Shown piece after piece: positions 1 to 7,154 of a stretch of 14,080 nt of DNA; positions within the stretch are counted from its first letter, which is position 1; the number at the start of each line of letters is the position of its first letter. The notes beneath the pieces are model-generated. The model was not told the origin of the DNA, made no database searches, and was given only the letters and a program-made list of their open reading frames with translations. A program made the position numbers and the translations under genes. The stretch is from Bdellovibrio sp. (GTDB lineage Bacteria > Bdellovibrionota > Bdellovibrionia > Bdellovibrionales > Bdellovibrionaceae): contig JBKCUU010000045.1 of NCBI GenBank assembly GCA_046318155.1, positions 1 to 14,080 on the forward strand. Direction: 5' to 3'.

Positions 1-597
1 GATGATGTACGGTCCTGGATGCATTTACGAAACGAACCCGACAAGTATTTTGTCGAACCCTTGCGAGTTCTCATGGCAAAAGGCAAGGGTCACCAGAAGG
101 TCTTCGTGCAAGACGTCTCTCAAAAAGACAAAGTCCGAAAAAAAATCGAAACCTTTGCCACAAAAAACGGAAATCAAGGCTGTGTCGAATCGACGATCGC
201 CTTGTTCGAAGAGATGTTTATGAACGCCATGATCGATGCGCCGAAAGAAGCTCGAAAAATTGGAATTCAAAAGGCACCCAAGGCGACTTTTCATCTGGCT
301 TTTGATAGTCGCCGTCTTGGTATAGCCTGTGAAGATCCGTTTGGCAGTCTGGACTTGTCGAAACTGTTGGGCCGGATGCACGATGTTTATGCCAAAGGTG
401 CCGGGCAGACGATTAATTTGCACGAACCCGGGGGCGCCGGCCTTGGGTGTGTACTTATGCTCGAGCATTGCGCACTTTTAGCATTTGGCGTCGATCGTGC
501 CCGCAAGACGATTGTCAGTGCGCTGTTGCATCGCAATTTAAGTCACAAACGAAGAGACGAAGTGAAGAAAAGTCTACATTTGATTTCGGCTGATTGA
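1..597 (+). CDS. 5'-truncated protein with a degenerate HATPase_c (RsbW/SpoIIAB-like anti-sigma kinase) fold
   Basis: Frame 1 is open from base 1 (DDVRSWMHLR...) to TGA at 595-597. N-box-like EEMFMNAMIDA, G1-like EDPFGSL and G2-like GGAGLG. Lies directly upstream of a STAS-like gene. Confidence 0.7.
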   Translation, partial: DDVRSWMHLRNEPDKYFVEPLRVLMAKGKGHQKVFVQDVSQKDKVRKKIETFATKNGNQGCVESTIALFEEMFMNAMIDAPKEARKIGIQKAPKATFHLAFDSRRLGIACEDPFGSLDLSKLLGRMHDVYAKGAGQTINLHEPGGAGLGCVLMLEHCALLAFGVDRARKTIVSALLHRNLSHKRRDEVKKSLHLISAD

Positions 598-617
598 GAT
601 CACAAGAAGAGGGTACG

Positions 618-1088
618 ATGGGAAAATATGAGGTAAAAATTAACAAGAGTGGCGTCAATGCAAACGTTTCAGTTTCGGGAGTCATTGATGAAGACGTCGA
701 CTTTAAGCCTTTCGACTTAGGCGGAGTGACGAATATCAATATGCACTTGGGTAACGTAAAGAGTATCAATTCATGCGGAATCCGAGAGTGGATCAAGTGG
801 ATTGGAACTGCGGGCGCAGCCAAAGTGCAGTACCATGAGTGTCCTAAAATCATCGTGGATCAAATCAACATGGTACAGGGTTTCTTGCCCGCCACCGGTT
901 CGGTCGTCTCGTTTTACGTCCCGTACTACAATGACGACTCGGGATCTGAGAAAAACGTCTTGTTTAAGTACGGCCAAGAGTTCACCGAAAATGGTGTGAA
1001 AGCTCCCGAAACGGTCACCGATGACTCGGGCGCAACCATGGAAATGGACGTGGTCGAAGCTAAGTATTTCAAGTTTATTAAAAAGTAA
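618..1088 (+). CDS. STAS-like (anti-anti-sigma-type) protein, 156 aa
   Basis: ATG at 618 after AAGAAGAGGG. STAS-like pattern SVSGVIDED...MHLGNVKSINSCGIREW, where INSCG sits at the position of the canonical (I/M)DSSG phosphoserine motif. Confidence 0.75.
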   Translation: MGKYEVKINKSGVNANVSVSGVIDEDVDFKPFDLGGVTNINMHLGNVKSINSCGIREWIKWIGTAGAAKVQYHECPKIIVDQINMVQGFLPATGSVVSFYVPYYNDDSGSEKNVLFKYGQEFTENGVKAPETVTDDSGATMEMDVVEAKYFKFIKK

Positions 1089-1096
1089 TCAAGCGC

Positions 1097-1136
1097 CTCA
1101 AGTCCTGGATTATTGTCCTGCCGTCCAGGACTTGAG
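1097..1136. terminator. Perfect 13-bp inverted repeat (stem-loop, possible terminator or mRNA stabiliser)
   Basis: CTCAAGTCCTGGA (1097-1109) and TCCAGGACTTGAG (1124-1136) with a 14-nt loop, just after the STAS stop codon. No clear U-tract. Confidence 0.55.
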
Positions 1137-1181
1137 CCTCATGGCCCATCTTCCGAAAAGAGCGTCTGGAGAGGTGGGGCC

Positions 1182-3110
1182 TTGTCAGTCTCTAATGCGA
1201 AAGTCATTATTCTAGAAGACGATCAGGCGCTAGCAAAGGCCTGGGGTCAGCTCTTAGAAAAAGAGGGCATCTCGGCGTTGATAACATCCAGGCCCGATGA
1301 AGCCCGTGATTTCTTAGGTCGCCATCGCGTGAGCACACTGTTTGTGGATTGCCTTTTGCCGACTGAAAACGGTGTTGATTTTGCGCAATCGATCCGTCAG
1401 CAATTTCCCAAAGAGATTCTTGATATCGTTTTGATGAGCGGCATTTTTACCGATCAAAGTTTTGTGAAAGAGTCGCTTCGTGCAGCGGGTGCGATTGCAT
1501 TTCTAAAGAAGCCCTTTGCCAATGAAGAGCTTCTCGGTTACATCAGACGCGCCGATACCCGCGATGAGGGGCATCACCCTCGCAAAGTTCTCTACCAGCT
1601 TTTTAGTCGACAGGGGGCAACGACCAGGGAAAAGCGCAAAGCGATCGAAGCTCTTGAAGACATTCACGGATTTGATCTTCCCTTCATTTTTCATATTTTG
1701 GTTGAAGCCCGTCTTTCGGGTCACCTTAACATCGTTGCCGACCGCGGTGATGTTTCAGGGATTTCTTTTTCGGACGGAGATATCGTCGGTGTTGATATCG
1801 CGGATAAAGCAACTTACCTCGGAAAATTGTTGATCGAATCTGGATTCTTGCTTCGTGAAGATCTTGATGAAGCTTTGAATGTTAAAAGCACAAAGAAGCT
1901 TGGTGAACGACTGATTCAAGGAAACCTGGTCAGTCCTCACGGTTTTGATGTCGTGCTTTCGAACCAAATGAGTATTCGGCTTTCACGAACCATCGTGGAT
2001 CAAAATGTGAAGGTCAACTTTGTGATGACCGAAGTCGAAAAAACCTCACCCTCGATTTCTGCAGAATTGTTTGAAAATTTTTTGCATGACTGGATCGCTT
2101 CGAAGATCAGCGTTGAATGGTTTCGCGCGCACTTTATGCAGTGGGCGAACGCTCGCGTTGTCAAAACGGGCTTGTTCGAGAAACGTGCAAGTGTCTTGAA
2201 TCGCCCGCTGGTTGCTAATTTAGAGGGGTTGATCGCAAAGGTGACTTCTGGACAAACCTTGACCGAGCTGTTTGATAGCCGCATTTATCCTGAAGACACG
2301 CTTTACAAGTCTCTGCACTTTTTGCTAACGCTTGGCTTGATCTCATTTGAAGAGGGCAAAGTCTTGAGCTCGTCAGAGCGTTTGCGTCTGATGCGAAAGA
2401 TGATGCAACAGTTTGCCAATAGAAATCGTCTCGAGATTTTTGACCTCATGGCAAAGATGACAAGTTTGCCGGACTCGCAAAGTGATCAAGTTTACAAAGA
2501 GTACATGGGACTTTTGGGCGAACCACCGTCAATCACTGAAAAAGAGCTCTACGGTCTGTACACACAGTTGGTTCAGATTGGTAAAGGCGCTTATGATTTT
2601 GCTCGCTCGGGAAATCGCGACAAGATGAAAGAGGAGTTGATGAAAGGCGAGGTCGAAATTAAGCTGAAGGCTTCAACTCTTTTTGATGAAGCTCGGAACA
2701 ACCTGCAAAAGTCTCAGTACAAAGAAGCCTTGGTGATGATTCAGAAAGCGGCGAACCTTGATCCTAAGATCGACAAGCTCCACTTGTACTTGGCTTGGGC
2801 GAAGCTCGGCACGCTTGATCCTAAGAATAAACTGGCGGCACTCAAAGAAGTCGATATGGATATGATGCAGATTGCTCCAGAGGATAAGTTCGATTCGATC
2901 TATAATTTTGTGGTGGGCTTGTATGCAAAAGCCAAGGGTGACTCGGGCGCTGCTCGTAAATCCTTTGAAAAGGCGATCGCCATGGACAACAGTATGATCG
3001 TTGCGCGCCGTGAATTGACCGTCCTGTCGAGTATAAGCACGACAAAGACGGACCTTCTGAATTCGGATTTAAAGTCTCTAGTGGGTTCACTCTTTAAAAA
3101 ATCCCGCTAA
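1182..3110 (+). CDS. Response regulator: receiver + DUF4388/PATAN-like + MshEN-like repeats + degenerate J-like region + TPR
   Basis: Likely TTG start at 1182 after GGAGAGGTGGGG (the ORF track's 1113 start lies inside the hairpin). Intact receiver residues LEDD, FVDCLLP, MSG, KKPF. LSGHLNI..GISFSDGDIV is DUF4388-like. TPR-like AKAKGDSGAARKSFEKAIAMDNS. Confidence 0.85.
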   Translation: MSVSNAKVIILEDDQALAKAWGQLLEKEGISALITSRPDEARDFLGRHRVSTLFVDCLLPTENGVDFAQSIRQQFPKEILDIVLMSGIFTDQSFVKESLRAAGAIAFLKKPFANEELLGYIRRADTRDEGHHPRKVLYQLFSRQGATTREKRKAIEALEDIHGFDLPFIFHILVEARLSGHLNIVADRGDVSGISFSDGDIVGVDIADKATYLGKLLIESGFLLREDLDEALNVKSTKKLGERLIQGNLVSPHGFDVVLSNQMSIRLSRTIVDQNVKVNFVMTEVEKTSPSISAELFENFLHDWIASKISVEWFRAHFMQWANARVVKTGLFEKRASVLNRPLVANLEGLIAKVTSGQTLTELFDSRIYPEDTLYKSLHFLLTLGLISFEEGKVLSSSERLRLMRKMMQQFANRNRLEIFDLMAKMTSLPDSQSDQVYKEYMGLLGEPPSITEKELYGLYTQLVQIGKGAYDFARSGNRDKMKEELMKGEVEIKLKASTLFDEARNNLQKSQYKEALVMIQKAANLDPKIDKLHLYLAWAKLGTLDPKNKLAALKEVDMDMMQIAPEDKFDSIYNFVVGLYAKAKGDSGAARKSFEKAIAMDNSMIVARRELTVLSSISTTKTDLLNSDLKSLVGSLFKKSR

Positions 3111-3126
3111 TCCCCGCTCGTAGCGA

Positions 3127-3621
3127 TTAGGCAGTTTTTTTGAAGGGCTCGAAATGGTCATTCAGCTGATCTTGCAGTAGCAGGGCTGGGTCAAAATCCT
3201 GAAAATCGAGCTGGCCACTGATTGACATCTCGCGCACCTGCAAAACGAGGCGCAGTTGAGCCGTCGCAAATTCGGCCTCGTCAAGCGGGGGAGTTTCTTC
3301 GAGTGCTTTTCGGAATGAGCTTTGGTAGGTGCGGGGGAGTGAACGCTCAATTTTTTCTCTGAGCACAGCTGGCGATTTTTGCCAGATGGCGACGGCAAGT
3401 TGCAAAGGCGACGACGCCCAAATTCGGCAGAGCACGGACTCGGGCCAGGTCAAAATTCGATCGCTGGAGAGCGTTTTTAGCTTAAGCAGATGCGCCCATC
3501 CTGGATCTTCCTGAGAAACCAAGTGAAGAAGAGTCTTCTGTTTTTGTGCGTCGCTCGACTCAACGAGAAGAATAAGTTTAAGAAAACCGCCGGATTGGCG
3601 AAAGCGTGAAAGGATGGACAT
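3127..3621 (-). CDS. Stand-alone FliG C-terminal-domain-like protein
   Basis: ATG at 3621 with GGAGG RBS. The N-terminus MSILSRFRQSGGFLKLILLVESS...EDPGWA resembles the Bdellovibrio-type small FliG_C-like family (recalled, not searched). C-terminal AQLRLVLQVREM..SGQL resembles the last FliG helix. Confidence 0.6.
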   Translation of the reverse strand: MSILSRFRQSGGFLKLILLVESSDAQKQKTLLHLVSQEDPGWAHLLKLKTLSSDRILTWPESVLCRIWASSPLQLAVAIWQKSPAVLREKIERSLPRTYQSSFRKALEETPPLDEAEFATAQLRLVLQVREMSISGQLDFQDFDPALLLQDQLNDHFEPFKKTA

Positions 3622-3637
3622 CGAGCCTCCAGTTAAC

Positions 3638-3664
3638 TTATCGGTCAAAGACGGTGTTTTTTAA
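3638..3664 (-). promoter_or_regulatory. Putative sigma28 (FliA) promoter
   Basis: Minus strand reads TTAA-N15-ACCGATAA versus consensus TAAA-N15-GCCGATAA, ending 16 nt upstream of the FliG-C-like start codon. Confidence 0.6.
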
Positions 3665-3694
3665 AGGGTCACACGCGCGCGCGCTCACACCCTT

Positions 3695-3711
3695 TGTCTC
3701 AACGCGAGACA
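3695..3711. repeat. Short palindrome TGTCTC-N5-GAGACA
   Basis: TGTCTC AACGC GAGACA directly abutting the stop codon of the AAA_28 gene. Confidence 0.5.
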
Positions 3712-4314
3712 TTAATCACCTAGAAGCTGCGAAATCTCAATGAAGCTTTTACCATCTATCATCATGCGGAGGGCTTTTTTGGCTTTTGCAATCTTGTCGA
3801 GGAATTCGTTCGAATGAGAGATCACGATGCGTTGAGGGTGGCCCTGCCAGGCGGCCTTAATGCGGTGGTTAATTTCGACAGCCTCTTTATGAGATTCGGT
3901 TCGCACGGGGTTGCTGGTATCAAAAAAATCCTGGTCCGCCGTGTCCAAGTGAAGAACCCATTGGTACCGCGCAAGCTCCTGGGCCCTTGAGGTGCCGAGG
4001 CTCTTAAAGAAATCGGCTTCGACATCGGGCCAATAGGCAATGCTATCGAGAGAACCGCGGTCGCAAACGATCACGTCTGTTTTTGAGTCTTCAATGGCAA
4101 GGTCCTCCAGTTCACGTTGCACAAAGCAGATCGCTCTTTGTGCATGACGTCGTCCATTTGAAGAGGATTTGCGCGGAAATCCGCCGCGATAAAGCAGGCT
4201 TGCGGCCTCGGGCACGATTGAAAGTAATCCCGTCATGTCTTTTTGTAAAGTCTCAATGAGAGTGGTTTTTCCACCCGAGGGTCCACCGGTGACAGCGATC
4301 GTGATTTTGCTCAT
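3712..4314 (-). CDS. AAA_28 / NadR-Ttd14-like P-loop NTPase
   Basis: IAVTGGPSGGKTT Walker A, VPEAA, and IVCDRGSLD Walker B motifs typical of AAA_28. Confidence 0.85.
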   Translation of the reverse strand: MSKITIAVTGGPSGGKTTLIETLQKDMTGLLSIVPEAASLLYRGGFPRKSSSNGRRHAQRAICFVQRELEDLAIEDSKTDVIVCDRGSLDSIAYWPDVEADFFKSLGTSRAQELARYQWVLHLDTADQDFFDTSNPVRTESHKEAVEINHRIKAAWQGHPQRIVISHSNEFLDKIAKAKKALRMMIDGKSFIEISQLLGD

Positions 4315-4324
4315 CCAGCGGAGA

Positions 4325-5077
4325 CTACTCGATTTCGAACTCGGCGAAAAGCGGAAGATGATCCGAGAGGGAGATCCAAGGGTGGCCTGAAAAAGTTTCG
4401 GCTGCCGTCAGTTTTAAACCACGAAAATAAATACGGTCCAGAGCTAGGCGGGGAAAGACCGCCGGAAACGTGCGGGCATGCTTGCCACGTTTCACCTTAA
4501 AGCACTCGCGCAAACCTAGAAACTCCTCAAAGAGCAGGGTCAGGGACTGGGGCCAGTCGTTAAAGTCGCCCGCCAGAATGATGGGCTCGTTGTCGGGGAC
4601 TTCCTTACGAAGCCAGTCAATCAATTGGCGCGTTTGCAGAATCCGTCCACCTTCAAGAAGGTTCAAATGTGTGGTGACGAGGTGCAGGGTGCGATCGGAC
4701 GGAAGGAGCGCGACCTTGGCGTGAAGAACGCCGCGGGACTCGTAGGTGTTCGTACTGACATCAAGATTGTGCGTCGAGAGCACTGGAAACTTGGACAAAA
4801 TCGCATTGCCATGGTGGCTTTCGGGAAAGACCGCATTCTTGCCATAGGAGTGATGCGGCCAGACGGTGTCGGCCAAAAATTCAAACTGAGTTTCAATTTG
4901 ATTTTTGTCGAGCTTTTTGTAGTGCTTGAGGTGCTTCTTGTTTTCGCCAACCACCTCTTGCAATAAGAGGATGTCGGCGCCGGTCTCTTTGAGCGCTTGG
5001 CGCATATCGGTCAAGGTCCAGTTGCCCCAGAGGTCAAAGCCTTTATGAATGTTGTAGGACAAGACCTTTATTTTCAT
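4325..5077 (-). CDS. ybhP: Endonuclease/exonuclease/phosphatase family protein (YbhP-like)
   Basis: SYNIHKG, LLQEV, HGNAILS, THL, AGDFNDW, LDRIYFRG and LSDHLP motifs. The ATG at 5077 overlaps the upstream stop (ATGA). Confidence 0.88.
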   Translation of the reverse strand: MKIKVLSYNIHKGFDLWGNWTLTDMRQALKETGADILLLQEVVGENKKHLKHYKKLDKNQIETQFEFLADTVWPHHSYGKNAVFPESHHGNAILSKFPVLSTHNLDVSTNTYESRGVLHAKVALLPSDRTLHLVTTHLNLLEGGRILQTRQLIDWLRKEVPDNEPIILAGDFNDWPQSLTLLFEEFLGLRECFKVKRGKHARTFPAVFPRLALDRIYFRGLKLTAAETFSGHPWISLSDHLPLFAEFEIE

Positions 5078-6237
5078 AACCAATACCGAAACCAGTAAAG
5101 GACTCGCGACAAGCCTCTTTGGTGCCAAGGAAATTTCGTCAAGTCACGCAGCCGATAAAGCTTTGAGACAGAAGCATCATGGTCCCACTGTTCGACCAAT
5201 TGCCCGATGAGGTCGGCAGATGTGATCACGGTTTCGACCTCAAGGTCATGCAGCATCGAGCGGTGGTTCATGTTATGAGATCCCACTGCTGCCCAGTCGT
5301 CGATGACCAACGTTTTGGCGTGCAAGACACGCGGTTTGTATTCGTAGAGGTGCACGCCTGCTTCGATCAGCTTTCGGTACAAGGTTTGTGAGGCCGCACG
5401 AACAAACCACACGTCCGTTTTTTCGGGCAAGATGAGGCCCACAAAAATGCCCCGCCTCGCTGCTTGGCGAAGCGCCACCAGCATCGATCGGCGAGGAACA
5501 AAGTAGGCATTTGTAATCAAGATGCGACTCTCGGCCGCGCGGATTTGATTGATGAGGTCGCGAAAGATGATGTACCGCGACCATGGGCGTGAGTTGAGAC
5601 GAAATCGACTGGGCTTCGGCCCGCGAAAGCGAAAGCCGGAGCGGGGCCGAAAGAGCCTGGTCGGTTGAGCAAAAAGTCTTCTGAGCGCACTCAAGCGCCA
5701 AGTTCGATCAAACGCCTTGGCCAGCAGTGCTGTTTCATGGTTGGGTTCATGAAACCGAAGTTCAATTCCAGTATCACGCCACGCCCGCTCGTCCATAAAT
5801 TCTTCAGTATGAACCTTGGTGATGTTCAAGCTGCCCATGAAGACGATTTTGCGATCGATCAAAATCACTTTGCGATGATTACGGCGGTTGATCTTTCTGA
5901 TAAAAAAAAGGTAGCGCCTTAAGTTTTTCCAGGAGAGTCGCAAACCACCTGAGAACGGAAGCGGGTGGTACACTCGAAGTGCGATCCCTGCACCCTGGCA
6001 CCGGGCGCGAAGTTCTCGAAGCCAATTGAAAGAACCGATGCCATCAACAAGAAGACGGACTTTAACGCCACGACTGTGTGCGGCTTCGAGCGCATAAAAA
6101 AAACGCAGCCCAATAGGGTCCATGTCAAAAATGTAGCTCTCGAGCAGGACCTCTTCTTTTGCAGACGCAATCGCTTCGAGTGCGCGTTCAAAATAGCGGT
6201 CTCCCGAGAAATGCAGTTGAACTAAAGGCTCTGACAT
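5074..6237 (-). CDS. clsB: Cardiolipin synthase B-like phospholipase D
   Basis: Two HxKxxxxD motifs (NHRKVILID, LHAKTLVID), plus WRDT and NAYFVP. No N-terminal TM anchor. Adjacent to a ybhP-like gene. Start uncertain (ATG 6237 or TTG 6303). Confidence 0.88.
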   Translation of the reverse strand: MSEPLVQLHFSGDRYFERALEAIASAKEEVLLESYIFDMDPIGLRFFYALEAAHSRGVKVRLLVDGIGSFNWLRELRARCQGAGIALRVYHPLPFSGGLRLSWKNLRRYLFFIRKINRRNHRKVILIDRKIVFMGSLNITKVHTEEFMDERAWRDTGIELRFHEPNHETALLAKAFDRTWRLSALRRLFAQPTRLFRPRSGFRFRGPKPSRFRLNSRPWSRYIIFRDLINQIRAAESRILITNAYFVPRRSMLVALRQAARRGIFVGLILPEKTDVWFVRAASQTLYRKLIEAGVHLYEYKPRVLHAKTLVIDDWAAVGSHNMNHRSMLHDLEVETVITSADLIGQLVEQWDHDASVSKLYRLRDLTKFPWHQRGLSRVLYWFRYWL

Positions 6238-6308
6238 ATAAAAATCATCAGGGGGAGACCTAAAAAATGAAAGCTCTTTTATGTTTGATGAGCTCTTTAA
6301 CAAATCAT

Positions 6309-7154
6309 CTACCGCCCAGGAAATAAGACCACGCGGTCTTGGTGCTTAGCTGGGATCTTTTTTTGTAAAAGTTCGAGCGCTGCCGCATCGCTGTACCGGC
6401 TCGAGGCATGAATCAAAACGATCTTTTCGGCCTGAATGTTGTCAAGCTCGGGGATCAGCTCGTTGAGATGCGTGTGTCCCCAAGTTCGGGCGTGTTCGAT
6501 GCTTTTCGTTTCATCAAGATAGGTCGATTCACAGATGAGCACTTTTGATTTTCGGATCCAGTCCGCTTGGTCTAAGAACTCGATCTGCGTGTCACCAGTG
6601 AAGCTAACCATCGGCGTTTCAATCAAGTGGTCAATGGCGACCTGCTTTTTTTTGAGCTGCCCAAGTTCGTGACCCTGGATGTGCTTGTATTCGGCTTTCA
6701 GCTTTTTGTTGACGGCGAACAGCGTGTAGCCAAAGGATTCGATCCGATGAACGGTCCTGAAAGGGCGAATCAGGGCTTGATTATTCAGCTCGATCCGCAA
6801 GCCGTGCTGAACCGGCTCAAAGCGAAGGGTGTATTTGTGCTCTTCGATCTCTTCCCACAGTTTCATCATTTTTGTAAGAGGATCAATCAAAGTCGGCGGC
6901 ATATAAAAAATTGGAGGGGCTTCGTTGTGCATCGCTTTTTGTGAGATGATGTAAGGGATCCCGGCGGCGTGATCCAGGTGACCATGCGTGATCAAAAACT
7001 TTTTCATGCGCAAGGTGAATGGGTAGCCTTGGGCGACATCAAATGACAGTCCGTAATCGGGCATCGAGATGGCCGTTCGGATGCCGCTTAAGGAAAGGCC
7101 AAAAAATTTGAAGCCGGCCGCTTCAAATGGCTCGCCAGCGGCGACGCCATTCAT
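6309..7154 (-). CDS. rnz: Metallo-beta-lactamase-fold hydrolase, short TM-type RNase Z-like
   Basis: THGHLDH, FTGDT, CESTY, GHTH and IHASSRY motifs, plus a KKLKAEY..I.G.EL..LKK flexible-arm motif. Start overlaps the upstream stop (ATGA). Confidence 0.8.
   Translation of the reverse strand: MNGVAAGEPFEAAGFKFFGLSLSGIRTAISMPDYGLSFDVAQGYPFTLRMKKFLITHGHLDHAAGIPYIISQKAMHNEAPPIFYMPPTLIDPLTKMMKLWEEIEEHKYTLRFEPVQHGLRIELNNQALIRPFRTVHRIESFGYTLFAVNKKLKAEYKHIQGHELGQLKKKQVAIDHLIETPMVSFTGDTQIEFLDQADWIRKSKVLICESTYLDETKSIEHARTWGHTHLNELIPELDNIQAEKIVLIHASSRYSDAAALELLQKKIPAKHQDRVVLFPGR

Noticed and set aside
1132..1160. Possible sigma28 promoter (CCGAAA) before the response regulator
   Set aside because: The -35 position reads TGAG, a poor match, and the -10 is imperfect.
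3712..6237. PLD + nuclease-fold + ATPase as an anti-phage defence system
   Set aside because: The PLD has two HKD motifs with cardiolipin-synthase signatures, the EEP is YbhP-like (a known clsB partner), and there is no mobile or defence-island context.
6268..6298. AGCTCTTT direct repeat in the AT-rich rnz-clsB gap
   Set aside because: Only two 8-bp copies, compatible with chance. It may be promoter sequence but cannot be supported.
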